From contig NC_091474.1 of the NCBI RefSeq assembly GCF_036971445.1, forward strand, positions 133,796,001-133,860,000: a DNA stretch of 64,000 nt, written 5' to 3'. Positions 1 through 11,314 of the stretch are shown here, piece by piece (the stretch's first letter is position 1; each line of letters opens with the position of its first letter). Source of the DNA: Narcine bancroftii. Its lineage: Eukaryota. A program made the translations under genes and the position numbers. Below the pieces are notes generated by a model. The model worked only from the letters and a program-made list of their open reading frames with translations, searched no databases and was not told where the DNA came from.

Positions 1-2750
1 GTCCTCTGGTGTTTGCTGGTCAAAGTTGTTGGCTGTCTACCTTATCCATTCTTCTCATAATCTTGTAGACCTCTACTAAATCACCTCTCATCCTTCTTTG
101 CTCCAAAGAGAAAAAGCCCTAGATCTGCTAACCTTGCTTCATAAGACATATTTTCTGATCCAAGCAACATCCTGATAAATCTCCTCTGCAGCTCTCAACA
201 GCTTCCTTCCTGTAATGAGGTGACCAGAACTCAATACATGCTGACTATCCCTCAGTAGACTGTACTTCTCCAAATGATTGTAAATCCTGTCCTTTAAGAA
301 TCCTCTCCAATTGTTTGCCCACTACTGATGTAAGACACACTGGTCTATAATTTCCAGAATTCCCCCATTAGCTTTTATAAAAACAATTCAATCCTCTGGC
401 ACCTCCCCTTTGGTCAAGGAGATGGCAAGGTTCATTGCCAATGTTCCACCAATCTTTTTCCTCCCTTACCAGAGCGTCCTGGGTTACATCTTGTCCAGTC
501 TCAGGAACTTATTAATCCTAACATTTTGAAGATCCAGTGCTTCTCCTTTCTTAATCTCAGCATAGCTCAGCACAAGAATTTTCTATCCTGACCTCAGCTT
601 GACCAAGGTCCTTTTCTCTGGTGAATACTGAAGCAAGTATTCATTTGGAACCACCTCAACCTAGTCCACCTGCAGGTGCATGTTGCCTCCTTTATCCTTA
701 CACAGCTCCACCTTCACTCTTGTCATCCTAATGCCTTAGAGTTATCTTTAATCCTACTTGTCAAGGCTTTCACATAGCCTCTTCTCGCTTTCCTAAATCC
801 TTTGTTTGTTCCTTCATGGTGACCATAATTCTTATGAATCCTTTTTGTTTTTTTGCTTCCAAAATCTAATGCATGCTTCCTTTTTCCTCTTAACTAGCTG
901 CCTCGCCTATTTTGTCAACCAGTTCCCTTATCCTACCCTCTTTCTTCTGTCTTAGTGGGACAAACCAATCTAGAGTCCCTAATCCTCCACATAACTTTTG
1001 TGCTTTTACCCAAAAAACATCTTTTCCTATTTACTCTCTCTACTTCCTGCCTCATTGCATCATAATTAGTGCTTCTCCAATTAAACATGTTCCCATTTTG
1101 TCTGCTATTATCCTTATCCATAGCTAAAGCTCAATGAGTTGTGGTCACTCTCATCAAAATGTCTCCCTCCAAGAGGTCTGTCATTTGACCAGATTTATTA
1201 CCCAGTACGAGATCCAGGATGGCCTCACCTCTGGTCCGTTGGTCCACATTATGTGTCAAGAATTCTTCTTGGACAAATTCTTAACAACTTGTGCCCCCAT
1301 CTATCCCTCTTGCAGCAAAGAGATGCCAGTCAATATTAGGGAAGTTGAAGTGTCTGAGGGCAATCCTGTTCTTTCTCCATCATCCAAAATTCTCTCTAGT
1401 TATCTGTTCCACATTGATCTGAGGTCTATTTTGGGCCCAATAGACTACTCCCAATACAGTGATTGCTCCCTTCTTGTTTTTGACTTCCACCCACACTGAC
1501 CTAATGGACACTCCTGCAACAGCATCCTCCCTTTCTGCAGATGTGATACTATCCCTGATCAGTAATACTATGCCCACCCCTCTTTTACCTCCCATCCTAT
1601 CTCCAGGTACTGCATCAGCCAATCCTGTCCGTGCATCAGCCAAGTCTCTGTAACAGCCACAGCATCATAATTCCAGGTTTTGATCTATGCTCCAAGTTCA
1701 TCTCCTTTATTTCTAATACACTTTGCATTGAAATAGATATAGTTCCAACACTTCAACTTGACCTCATTTATGATTCCTCCTCTGCCTGTCCTTTCTAGCA
1801 AACACACAACACATTGCATCATCCTTTCCACCTTGTAATTCTCTGCTCACATTCTGGATCCCATCCCCTACCAAACTCATTTAAATTCTCTCTAACTCGA
1901 GCAACCATGTCCACTAGGATATTGGTCCCTCTCCAGTTAGGTGCAGCCCATCCTTTTTATACAGGTCATACCTTCCCCAGAAGGGATCCCAATGATCCAC
2001 AAATCTGAACTCTGCCAACTGCACCAACTCTTCATCCATTTGCTACAACTTCCTATTCCTCCCTTACTGGTGCATGGCACAGGCAGCAGTCTCAAGATTA
2101 TTACCTTTGAGGTTGTGTCTTTCAAATTCCTTCTTAACTTCCTATATTCCCTTTTCATGACCTCATCCCTATTTCTATCTCTTTCATTGCTGCTAACATG
2201 GACCACAACATTTGGCTGTTCATCCTCACACTTCAAAATATTGTGGACTCAATCAGAGTAATCCGTGACCCTGGCACTTATGAGGCAACATACCATCCTG
2301 GAGTCTCAATCTTGTTCACCTAACTATCAAATCCTCAATCACTATAGATCTCCTTCTTAGCCAAAAGGCCAGACTCTGTGACCACTCCAACTTGTCCCTG
2401 GCAGATTGTCTCCCCCAACTGTATGTAACCAAAACATTATACTTGTTGACGAAATGGCCACAGACATTCTCTGCCCTGACTGCCTATTCCTCTTCCCTCT
2501 TCTAACAGTCACCCAGTTACCTGCCTCTTGCTTTCTCCTTACAGCTTCCATCTATCATCTCTCTTGCCCACTCCCAAATGATCTGGATTTAACTCAATTT
2601 CTGCTCCAGTTCCCTTACATGGTCTGAGCAGATGAAGATTTATGCATCTCTTGCAGGTGTCATCAATGGGGACACTTGATTTCCCACATCTTGCAATTGG
2701 AACATTCCACTCCCCAAGCTACCATCTCCACTACTTGCTAATGACTAGCA
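1..2750 (-). mobile_element. Degenerate CR1-clade LINE with ORF1 and ORF2 remnants; runs off the window start
   Basis: Minus-strand peptides: ORF1 'WVTVRRGKR' (2357-2551), esterase-like 'VVVHV..N..DRNRDEVMKREYRKL' (1937-2236) and endonuclease 'GVGIVLLIRDSIT...VWVEVKNKKGAITVLGVVY' (1380-1643). Many stops and deletions. Collinear with the copy at 42900-45690. Confidence 0.85.
1937..2236 (-). pseudogene. CR1 ORF1 SGNH/GDSL esterase-domain fragment
   Basis: 'QPNVVVHVSSNERDRNRDEVMKREYRKLRRNLKDTTSKVIILRLLPVP' matches the esterase block of CR1 ORF1. A paralogous peptide lies at 44376-44669. Confidence 0.7.
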
Positions 2751-2929
2751 TGAAAAAGGCCTCCACCTCCCAAAGCCCCTAAATCCCTACACCTACATGG
2801 GCCTTGCTCATTTCACATCAGCCATCCTGCTTGGGCTTCCCTTCCATTTATATGTTGCAGGGTCTATCTGTGGCCCAAACTCCAACCAATCATCACTTTA
2901 CTTACCTTTTAAATGCTCCTGAAGCAAAG

Positions 2930-3068
2930 TCCAGCTGTGGGTACTTACCAGTTACTGAGTCTAATTGTTTCAATTCCCCACCCCATTCACTTGCCAATAT
3001 GTCTTTCCATGGTCTCATGCACTATCGGACTGAGACCATCTGCATATAAGAGGGACAATACCTTTCTC
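2930..3068 (+). mobile_element. Penelope-like element fragment (C-terminal part of GIY-YIG), left half of a copy split by an L1
   Basis: Encodes 'FNSPPHSLANMSFHGLMHY...' and is similar to 29930-30060. The sequence continues at 10850. Confidence 0.6.
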
Positions 3069-3509
3069 TTTAAAATATTTTTATTGACTTTTCAGTATAA
3101 TAAGTTTGCTCAATACAGTTAAGGTATGTGCTGAAGAAGAAAAAAAGACAAAGAAAAGCACTGCAAGAATAATCATATTCCCAAAGCTCAACCATAATAA
3201 TAAAGAATGGATGTAATAATTTTAATAAATTTTAATTTTCTGACCCTTCACCCTAAACAAGGTTCGAAGTTAGTATTGACGGAACAAAGTAGTTCACTCT
3301 GAAGTGGGTCAACACAGTGCCAAAACTCTGTATTAACACTGAACCTGAAGATTATGGTAATAGTCCATGAATGGGCTCCTTAATATTTGGAAATTAATAT
3401 TTAAATATTTAATTGCATATCTATTTTTTTCCAAATTTAAACAAAATATTATGTCCCTTCGTCTTTGTGTATGTATAAATGGGATATTGTCTTTCCATTT
3501 TATTAAACT

Positions 3510-4333
3510 ATCAATAACATAACATCTCTAAACTTAACTCAAGATGTAACCCCACAATGCGCAAATGTCAATGTGTGTGTGTATTAAAGTCCAAAACCAT
3601 TTGAGTTTAAGCTTGATTCTGAAAAAGCCAATTTTAAAGTCCAGTTTCAAACATCTTGTTGATTTTAAGATCCTTTTAAATCACAGTTCAGAAGTAATTA
3701 TGAAGCACTTGTAAACATATTTTCAGATCTCTTTAAACTCACAAGTCTCTTGATGAGCTGTCTTTCAGAGAGATATTCTTCATGAGTTATTTTTCACAAG
3801 TTTCTCTCTTTCTTGTTAGGTTGCAGACAAATTATTTCTTAAACAGGAGTAACCATCTTCTGGGCACATGAGGCTACCTCTCTTTTCTTAAAAGAGCAGT
3901 CAGAAGTGGTCTTACTTATTTAAAATCCACTTGTGTTGTGTATCTCCTATATACAGGATAAAGCAAGAACTGTATTTCCAGGAGATCATGTTTCTCTGTC
4001 TTCTTCTGATGAAAATGTCTCTCTGCTTTCAGAATATAATTCTCTGACATCATGAGACATCACATCATCAGTAAGATCACTTTAAATTCCTGGACACCAT
4101 GTGAGCATCTATTGGAATCTTTAACAGTTGCCAGCTCCAGTTTCTTGGAAACCATGTGACCTTCATAACTTTGGCTTGCAGGTGTCATGACTCTGAAAGA
4201 TTATCTCACTTCTGAATGTATTATGTTGGTGTGTGTCACCCTGTTCCAAACCCACTACATTATATAAGACATATTTATCAGAAATATAGCTTAAAATTAA
4301 TCTAAATATTAATATTAACACACATCCATTACA
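3510..4333. mobile_element. Old LTR-like insertion of about 0.8 kb interrupting the L1 ORF2 C-terminus
   Basis: The L1 frame stops near 4335 and resumes near 3510. The insert ends in ...CATTACA. Termini and TSD are degenerate. Confidence 0.4.
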
Positions 4334-7300
4334 TCACATCTGACCATCAACAAGCAAAAGATAAAATGCGACAATTAATTGGAGTTAGTAAAACCTTATC
4401 TTCTCCAAGTGTCCCAAACAGAGCAACAAAGGGATTTTGTTCTAATTTTAAAATGAGAATCACTGACAATATTTGAAAAAAACTTCTTTCCAATATTTTT
4501 CCAAGCTGGGGAACGTTCAGAACATGGATAAAAGAAGCATCACCTGTTTTGCATTTATCACAAAGAGCATTTATATTGGAGTAAAAAACAAGATAATTTG
4601 AGTTCAGACATGTAGGCCCTATGAACCACTTTGAACTGCAACAGACTGTGGCGAGCACACAGAAGTGTACTGTTAATCAGTTTGAAAATAGTGTCCTAAT
4701 CCTCATTGGACAGTGAAAGGTTCAAATCCTGCTCCTAGGCATTCTTAATTTGAACTAAAGGGGAGTGCCTAACTCCAGTCAATGTCATAAATAACAGATA
4801 TATATTTTTAAATTTTTATTTATAAATTTAAAACCATAAATAATTCACATATTTGACAATATTGCAAATCCATTTCAAATATATGTGGTATATATCATAA
4901 AAAAAGGAATAGACAAAAAGACCCCCTATAAACTCCCACCCTCCCACCTCTAACCCCCTACAAAGCAAAAAGGTATAGGACAAGAGATCTTCAACAGGAC
5001 ACTCCATACTATAAGGTTTCTTATAATATACAGAGACCCGCAGGCGAAAGAAAATGTCTGTTTCATTTAAAAGTTCACACCCAAACTTTGTAAATATGGG
5101 CACCAGATTTTCAAAAATTATAAATAATAGATATTAACCTTTTATCGAAAGGTCGTAATCCAAGCAATTAGCAAGAATATTCACTTCAGGAGCTCTAGGA
5201 AAGGCGAGGATCTGAGATTGAAAAAAATGCCTGATTTGTAAATACCTAAAAAAATGAACGCTTGGTAACTTGCATTTTCCAACCAATTATTCAAAAGATG
5301 CAAAGCTATTATTAATAAAAAGATCTTTAAAGCATTGAATACTTAATCTATATGAATCATTAAAAGCAGAATCCTGCAAAGAAGGCTGAAAAAGATAATT
5401 GGAGATAATGGGCCTTGCAAGAGATGAGTCCTAAAATCCCAAATACCTTCTAAACTGCACCCATATTCTCAAACTGTTTTAAAAAACTGGATTGTCAATT
5501 AATTTATATGAGACAAAAGGACGTGAGGATCCAAGAAATGCCAAGATAGAAACATTTAATTTAATTCCATATCTACCCAAGCAGGATGGTCAACTCGGTT
5601 ATGAAATTGAAACAAGAACATAAGGTTACATATATTGAGCACCCAATAATAAAATCTGAAATTAGGAAGCGCTAAACCGTCATAGCTTTATTTAAACGGG
5701 GGCGCTTTCCTTGCCATATGTAAGACAATATCGTGAATTGAATGAGTTAAAGAAGGATTTAGGAATAAAAATTGGTATAGGCAGAAAGAGATACAAAAAT
5801 TTAGGTAGTATGTTCATTTTAATAGAATTAATATGACCATCAAAGAGATAGATAAAGGAGACCATTTCATTAAAGACAGTTTCACATGCTTAAGTAAAGA
5901 TCAGAACAGTTTTGTTCATCAATGCTAACATTTAAATCTGATTTCCATCTCTGTCTAGACTTAGGACCCCCTGTTTTGGAGTTCCCATTTGAAGTTGGAG
6001 ATAGATGGCAGAAATAAATTCATTTTTTCTTGCCTTCAAATCAAAGTTTCTATCTCACTACACTTTGGTAATAACATTGTTGCACCTAATTTATCCCCAT
6101 ATAAAAGGAGAGTTGAAATTAAAACTAAATTTGATCTTCTTTCAATAAACCCCACTGAACATCAACTTTTAAAGTCCAAAAGTCAGTTTTATATTCAAGG
6201 TAAAAAAAAAGCTGGCATGCTCTTGGCCAATCAGGTGAAGGGAATTGCTGCTAAGAGACGAGTTATCATTAATAGGCTCAAAGGTATAGAGTCAAGAATA
6301 GAATTCCCTGAATGCATCATTTATTTTAGAATGGTCTGTGTCAATATTACTGTCATCCATTCAGATCTTAGTAAAAAATTATATTGAACCAACCTGTACC
6401 TTACACTTATAATCTAATTTTTTTACATCAATTGTATCTCACACCAAAGAAATTAAATAGATTGAAGTCATATTTATCGGATCAATGTTTTTGATGAGGA
6501 AAAAATACGATTTTATTTTCCTGTAATGATAATATATCGACCATTTTTATCTGATATAACATTATGATGCACAAAAGGAATGTTTTAGTTAATTAAAATA
6601 GAGAACCGCCTGACTTTAGCATTGAAAGAGGACTGAAAAGGTTGCCCTCTCCATTCTGTAAGAAAATAATCTCAGACTTCATTTGTTTAACATGTGCAAA
6701 GACATACCTTCATTTAATTAGACTGTTTAAACCTTTCACATTCTAAGAGACAACTTTGATAAGATTACTCATGTTTTTAAATTAATGTTATAAAGAAACC
6801 CAGGCATGAATTATCACCAAACTCCAGGTGGCCACCTTAAAGCCGAGCAGTAACACAGCTTGCACAGAACTTAAGTCCATAACAACCTTGTAAACCCAAT
6901 GCCTTAAACCAAAATACCCACCCTTCTTCCCAAACAACCAGAATCAGAAGGTTGTCGTTAACCCCAAAATTCTTCTGCTTTAAATTCTAATTATAGCTCC
7001 TTTTAGCAAAAAAATAGTTAATAATGATTCCAAACCATATAAACTTGTAATTAAAACTACAACCAAAGTGAAAGACAAAGAAATTACATTAAAGATTTAC
7101 ACTCAGGTCCCTGATGCATGTGCATGAATATTTATACACCCTTTACCATGGTTGGTTATAAAATAAAATGCGCACTTAACACATTAATGTCTCAAGTGTT
7201 TAAAAGCAATAAGAATCCAAATAACAAAAAAGTGTGGCATTAATACTTAAAGAGCAATAAATAAAAAAATATCCTTCTACTCCCCATTTTGATTTGCACA

Positions 7301-7464
7301 CTCAATAGAATAAATAGCTGAAACACAAACATGGAAAACTTTAAAGTTTCCCATACATAAATTGGACCATACGCTTATATATTATTATAACTGTTAGCCT
7401 TGTTTTCCACTATTATCTAATAACCTGAGTATGTACAACATTTAATGTGTAATTAATAAGAAAC

Positions 7465-9642
7465 TGGTTTGACGAAAACAGCCAGGAAATCCAGGAGCTG
7501 CTGGCAAAGAAGCGAGCTGCCCACCAGGCTCACCTTACAAAGCCGTCCTGTCCAGATAAGAAACAAGCCTTCCGTCGCGCATGCAGCCATCTTCAGCGCA
7601 AACTCCGGGAGATCCAAAATGAGTGGTGGACAAGCCTCGCCAAACGAACCCAGCTCAGCGCTGACATTGGCAACTTCAGGGGTTTCTACGAGGCTCTAAA
7701 GGCTGTGTACGGCCCCTCACCCCAAGACCAAAGCCCGCTGCGCAGCTCAGACGGCAAAGTCCTCCTCAGCGACAAGATCTCCATCCTCAACCGATGGTCA
7801 GAACACTTCCAATCTCTTTTCAGTGCCAACCGCTCAGTCCAAGATTCCGCCCTGCTCCAGCTCCCTCAACAGCCCCTAAGGCTAGAGCTGGATGAGGTTC
7901 TCACCCTGGATGAGACATATAAGGCAATCGAACAACTGAAAAGTGGCAAAGCAGCAGGTATGGATGGAATCCCCCCAGAGGTCTGGAAGGCTGGCGGCAA
8001 AACTCTGCATGCCAAACTGCATGAGTTTTTCAAGCTTTGTTGGGACCAAGGAAAACTGCCTCAGGATCTTCGTGATGCCTCCATCATCACCCTGTACAAA
8101 AACAAAGGCGAGAAATCAGACTGCTCAAACTACAGGGGAATCACGTTGCTCTCCATTGCAGGCAAAATCTTCGCTAGGATTCTACTAAATAGTATAATAC
8201 CTAGTGTCGCCGAGAATATTCTCCCAGAATCACAGTGCGGCTTTCGCGCAAACAGAGGAACTACTGACATGGTCTTTGCCCTCAGACAGCTCCAAGAAAA
8301 GTGCAGAGAACAAAACAAAGGACTCTACATCACCTTTGTTGACCTCAGCAAAGCCTTCGACACCGTGAGCAGGAAAGGGCTTTGGCAAATACTAGAGCGC
8401 ATCGGATGTCCCCCAAAGTTCCTCAACATGATTATGCAACTGCACGAAAACCAACAAGGTCGGGTCAGATACAGCAATGAGCTCTCTGAACCCTTCTCCA
8501 TTAACAATGGTGTGAAGCAAGGCTGTGTTCTCGCACCAACCCTCTTTTCAATCTTCTTCAGCATGATGCTGAACCAAACCATGAAAGACCCCAACAATGA
8601 AGACGCTGTTTACATCCGGTACCGCACGGATGGCAGTCTCTTCAATATGAGGCGCCTGCAAGCTCACACCAAGACACAAGAGAAACTTGTCCGTGAACTA
8701 CTCTTTGCAGACGATGCCGCTTTAGTTGCCCATTCAGAGCCAGCTCTTCAGCGCTTGACGTCCTGCTTTGCGGAAACTGCCAAAATGTTTGGCCTGGAAG
8801 TCAGCCTGAAGAAAACTGAGGTCCTCCATCAGCCAGCTCCCCACCATGACTACCAGCCCCCCCACATCTCCATCGGGCACACAAAACTCAAAACGGTCAA
8901 CCAGTTTACCTATCTCGGCTGCACCATTTCATCAGATGCAAGGATCGACAATGAGATAGACAACAGACTCGCCAAGGCAAATAGCGCCTTTGGAAGACTA
9001 CACAAAAGAGTCTGGAAAAACAACCAACTGAAAAACCTCACAAAGATAAGCGTATACAGAGCCGTTGTCATACCCACACTCCTGTTCGGCTCCGAATCAT
9101 GGGTCCTCTACCGGCACCACCTACGGCTCCTAGAACGCTTCCACCAGCGTTGTCTCCGCTCCATCCTCAACATCCATTGGAGCGCTTTCATCCCTAACGT
9201 CGAAGAACTCGAGATGGCAGAGGTCGACAGCATCGAGTCCACGCTGCTGAAGATCCAGCTGCGCTGGATGGGTCACGTCTCCAGAATGGAGGACCATCGC
9301 CTTCCCAAGATCGTGTTATATGGCGAGCTCTCCACTGGCCACCGTGACAGAGGTGCACCAAAGAAAAGGTACAAGGACTGCCTAAAGAAATCTCTTGGTG
9401 CCTGCCACATTGACCACCGCCAGTGGGCTGATAACGCCTCAAACCGTGCATCTTGGCGCCTCACAGTTTGGCGGGCAGCAACCTCCTTTGAAGAAGACCG
9501 CAGAGCCCACCTCACTGACAAAAGGCAAAGGAGGAAAAACCCAATACCCAACCCCAACCAACCAATTTTCCCCTGCAACCGCTGCAACCGTGTCTGCCTG
9601 TCCCGCATCGGACCTGTCAGCCACAAACGAGCCTGCAGCTGA
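7465..9642 (+). CDS. RTE ORF, partial (no start codon, no endonuclease): reverse transcriptase plus C-terminal CxxC..H..C motif
   Basis: The frame is open from WFDEN (7465) to the stop at 9642. It contains GKAAGMDGIPPE, NYRGITLLS, QCGFR, FVDLSKAFDTV, GVKQGCVLAPTLF, LLFADD, FTYLG and FPCNRCNRVCLSRIG. Confidence 0.93.
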   Translation, partial: WFDENSQEIQELLAKKRAAHQAHLTKPSCPDKKQAFRRACSHLQRKLREIQNEWWTSLAKRTQLSADIGNFRGFYEALKAVYGPSPQDQSPLRSSDGKVLLSDKISILNRWSEHFQSLFSANRSVQDSALLQLPQQPLRLELDEVLTLDETYKAIEQLKSGKAAGMDGIPPEVWKAGGKTLHAKLHEFFKLCWDQGKLPQDLRDASIITLYKNKGEKSDCSNYRGITLLSIAGKIFARILLNSIIPSVAENILPESQCGFRANRGTTDMVFALRQLQEKCREQNKGLYITFVDLSKAFDTVSRKGLWQILERIGCPPKFLNMIMQLHENQQGRVRYSNELSEPFSINNGVKQGCVLAPTLFSIFFSMMLNQTMKDPNNEDAVYIRYRTDGSLFNMRRLQAHTKTQEKLVRELLFADDAALVAHSEPALQRLTSCFAETAKMFGLEVSLKKTEVLHQPAPHHDYQPPHISIGHTKLKTVNQFTYLGCTISSDARIDNEIDNRLAKANSAFGRLHKRVWKNNQLKNLTKISVYRAVVIPTLLFGSESWVLYRHHLRLLERFHQRCLRSILNIHWSAFIPNVEELEMAEVDSIESTLLKIQLRWMGHVSRMEDHRLPKIVLYGELSTGHRDRGAPKKRYKDCLKKSLGACHIDHRQWADNASNRASWRLTVWRAATSFEEDRRAHLTDKRQRRKNPIPNPNQPIFPCNRCNRVCLSRIGPVSHKRACS

Positions 9643-9695
9643 CGTGGACTTTTTTACCCCCTCCATAAATCTTCGTCTGCGAAGCCAAGCCAAAG
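7466..9695 (+). mobile_element. Young 5'-truncated RTE-clade LINE (BovB/RTE-like)
   Basis: Perfect 11-bp TSD AATAAGAAACT at 7455-7465 and 9696-9706. GC- and CpG-rich against AT-rich flanks. Short 3' UTR. Confidence 0.95.
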
Positions 9696-9929
9696 AATAA
9701 GAAACTAACTGAGGGAAAGAATACCAATAATTTTTATTAGGATAAAATTCATGTATTCAAATTAATATTCTCATCCAAGAAAATGTAATTAGAATGTAAT
9801 AAAATTAATAGAAAGAGAAACAAACTTAGATAACTATGAACTAAATGAGTACATTACCCCTTCCAATTAACAAGAAAAGAAAACAAAAAACTTCAAAAAC
9901 CAAATAACAGTTCATGCAAGATTTCATGT

Positions 9930-10714
9930 TGAAGGCAAATCTTTCAAGAACCTTCGTGCTTCTTTTACCAAATTCAAAAACATTTTGCGTCCATCGAAGG
10001 GCGTGATTTGGAGGCCTGCTGGGTAGAACAAAGCAGGCTTTGTACAGTTTCTTATACAGTTTAGTCTTGACTTTTTTATATTCTAAACGCAGATTCGTCA
10101 CTTCAGGACAGAGATCATCTACAAATCTGATCTGTTGTTCCCAATATTGAAGAGTTCCTTTCCAGTGGGGTTCACAAATTACTAGATCTTTGATTCTGTA
10201 GTGATGAAACTGGAGAATAACTGAATATCGGTTGCGTCCCGGAGCTGGCTTGGGAATCAAAGAGCAGTGTGCTCTGTCGAGCTCAGGCTCAGAATGAAAA
10301 AAACTCCTTTCTAAATACTTCCAAAAGCATCTCTGAAAAGAAGTTGGTCAGTTGGACAGATTCTGTATTTTCAGCGAAGCCCAAAATTTGAATGTTCTGT
10401 CTTCTGCTTCTGTTCTCCAAGTTGATAACCTTCGAAGTTAATTTAAAGTTGCTAGCAAACAGTTCCAAGCAAAGATCCTCTAATTTATCCACACTATCAT
10501 TGAGTGTTACACTTCACAGACCCAAAATGAACATCAATATCTGATAATGATTCCAAAACCTTTTCAAGTGCAGATTTAACTTCAAGTTGACTTTCTTTTA
10601 TGGTTCAGTTATCTCCCATGTATGCTTGTTAAAAGATCAGAAATAGTCCATAGTCAGAGAAGCAGTCTCGTCCTTTTTGCCATTTTCTCTAGCTTTAGCA
10701 CTCCTGGTAGCCAT
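9930..10714 (-). pseudogene. L1 ORF1p (RNA-binding/chaperone) remnant
   Basis: ORFs 10289-10492 (LENRSRRQNIQILGFAE) and 9841-10260 (PKPAPG..YSVILQFHHYRIKD...IRFVDDL) are typical L1 ORF1p blocks, broken by stops and frameshifts. Confidence 0.8.
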
Positions 10715-10849
10715 GATAAGTAATAAGGGGGCAAAGTATAAAGCACTTTGGTTGAAAAGTTAAAATGAATGAATGGAAGAAATATTTTTTTTAAAAAGCA
10801 GGAGCACCTAACTACTGCTGCTATCCCATGCAGTAGCCAGCCGGAAATC

Positions 10850-11313
10850 TTGTTCTGCCTCCAACCAGAGGGCTTGGATATGGATTTCTCTGGCTTCTGT
10901 CAACCCTCTCCCCCCAACTAAGGCATCTCCTTTCCTCCAAGCCCTTCCCCCCTCTCTCTCTCTTTCTCTCTCTCCTCTTCTCCTCTCCCCTTTTCCCTGT
11001 CGCCTTTCCATCTGGCTCTGCCTCACAGAGCCAAAAACAAACCCCTCCTCCAGTCAATTCTCACCTTTCCTCTTTCCTGTGTCCCATGCATATCCAATTA
11101 ACACCTCTTGACTGGAGGTCAGTACTCCTTCGCTTGCCTATCCTTCCTTCTCCCCAGCCTTTTACTTCACACGTTGGCCTGCTTTTACTCATACCTTGAA
11201 GAAGGACTCAGGCAAATATCAGTTATATATCTTTATCTCCTATCTGCTGAGGTCCTCAAGCATTTCTGTGTTCGTACGACAATCACAGAGTCTAAAATCT
11301 TTCGTATTTCACT
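10850..11313 (+). mobile_element. Penelope-like element 3' part (right half of the split copy)
   Basis: 'GCCTCCAACCAGAGGGC..GATTTCTCT', a pyrimidine-rich UTR, and the terminal module 'CTTGAAGAAGGACTCAGG...CTGCTGAG' shared with other copies in the window. Confidence 0.65.
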
Positions 11314-11314
11314 C

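Larger units (their letters stand above)
3069..10849 (-). mobile_element. Old, full-span but decayed fish-type L1 LINE carrying nested insertions
   Basis: 5' end 'GATTTCCGG' at 10849; ORF1 ATG at 10714 with 'LENRSRRQNIQILG'; EN motif 'SDKNGRYII' near 6530-6560; 'KMNILPKFLYLF' near 5790-5820; Cys region 'CDKCKTGDASFIH' (4347-4658); A-rich tail near 3070. Confidence 0.85.

Noticed and set aside
7943-9700. Overlapping and antisense ORFs within the RTE element
   Set aside because: They are shadow frames of a GC-rich coding sequence with no independent motifs.
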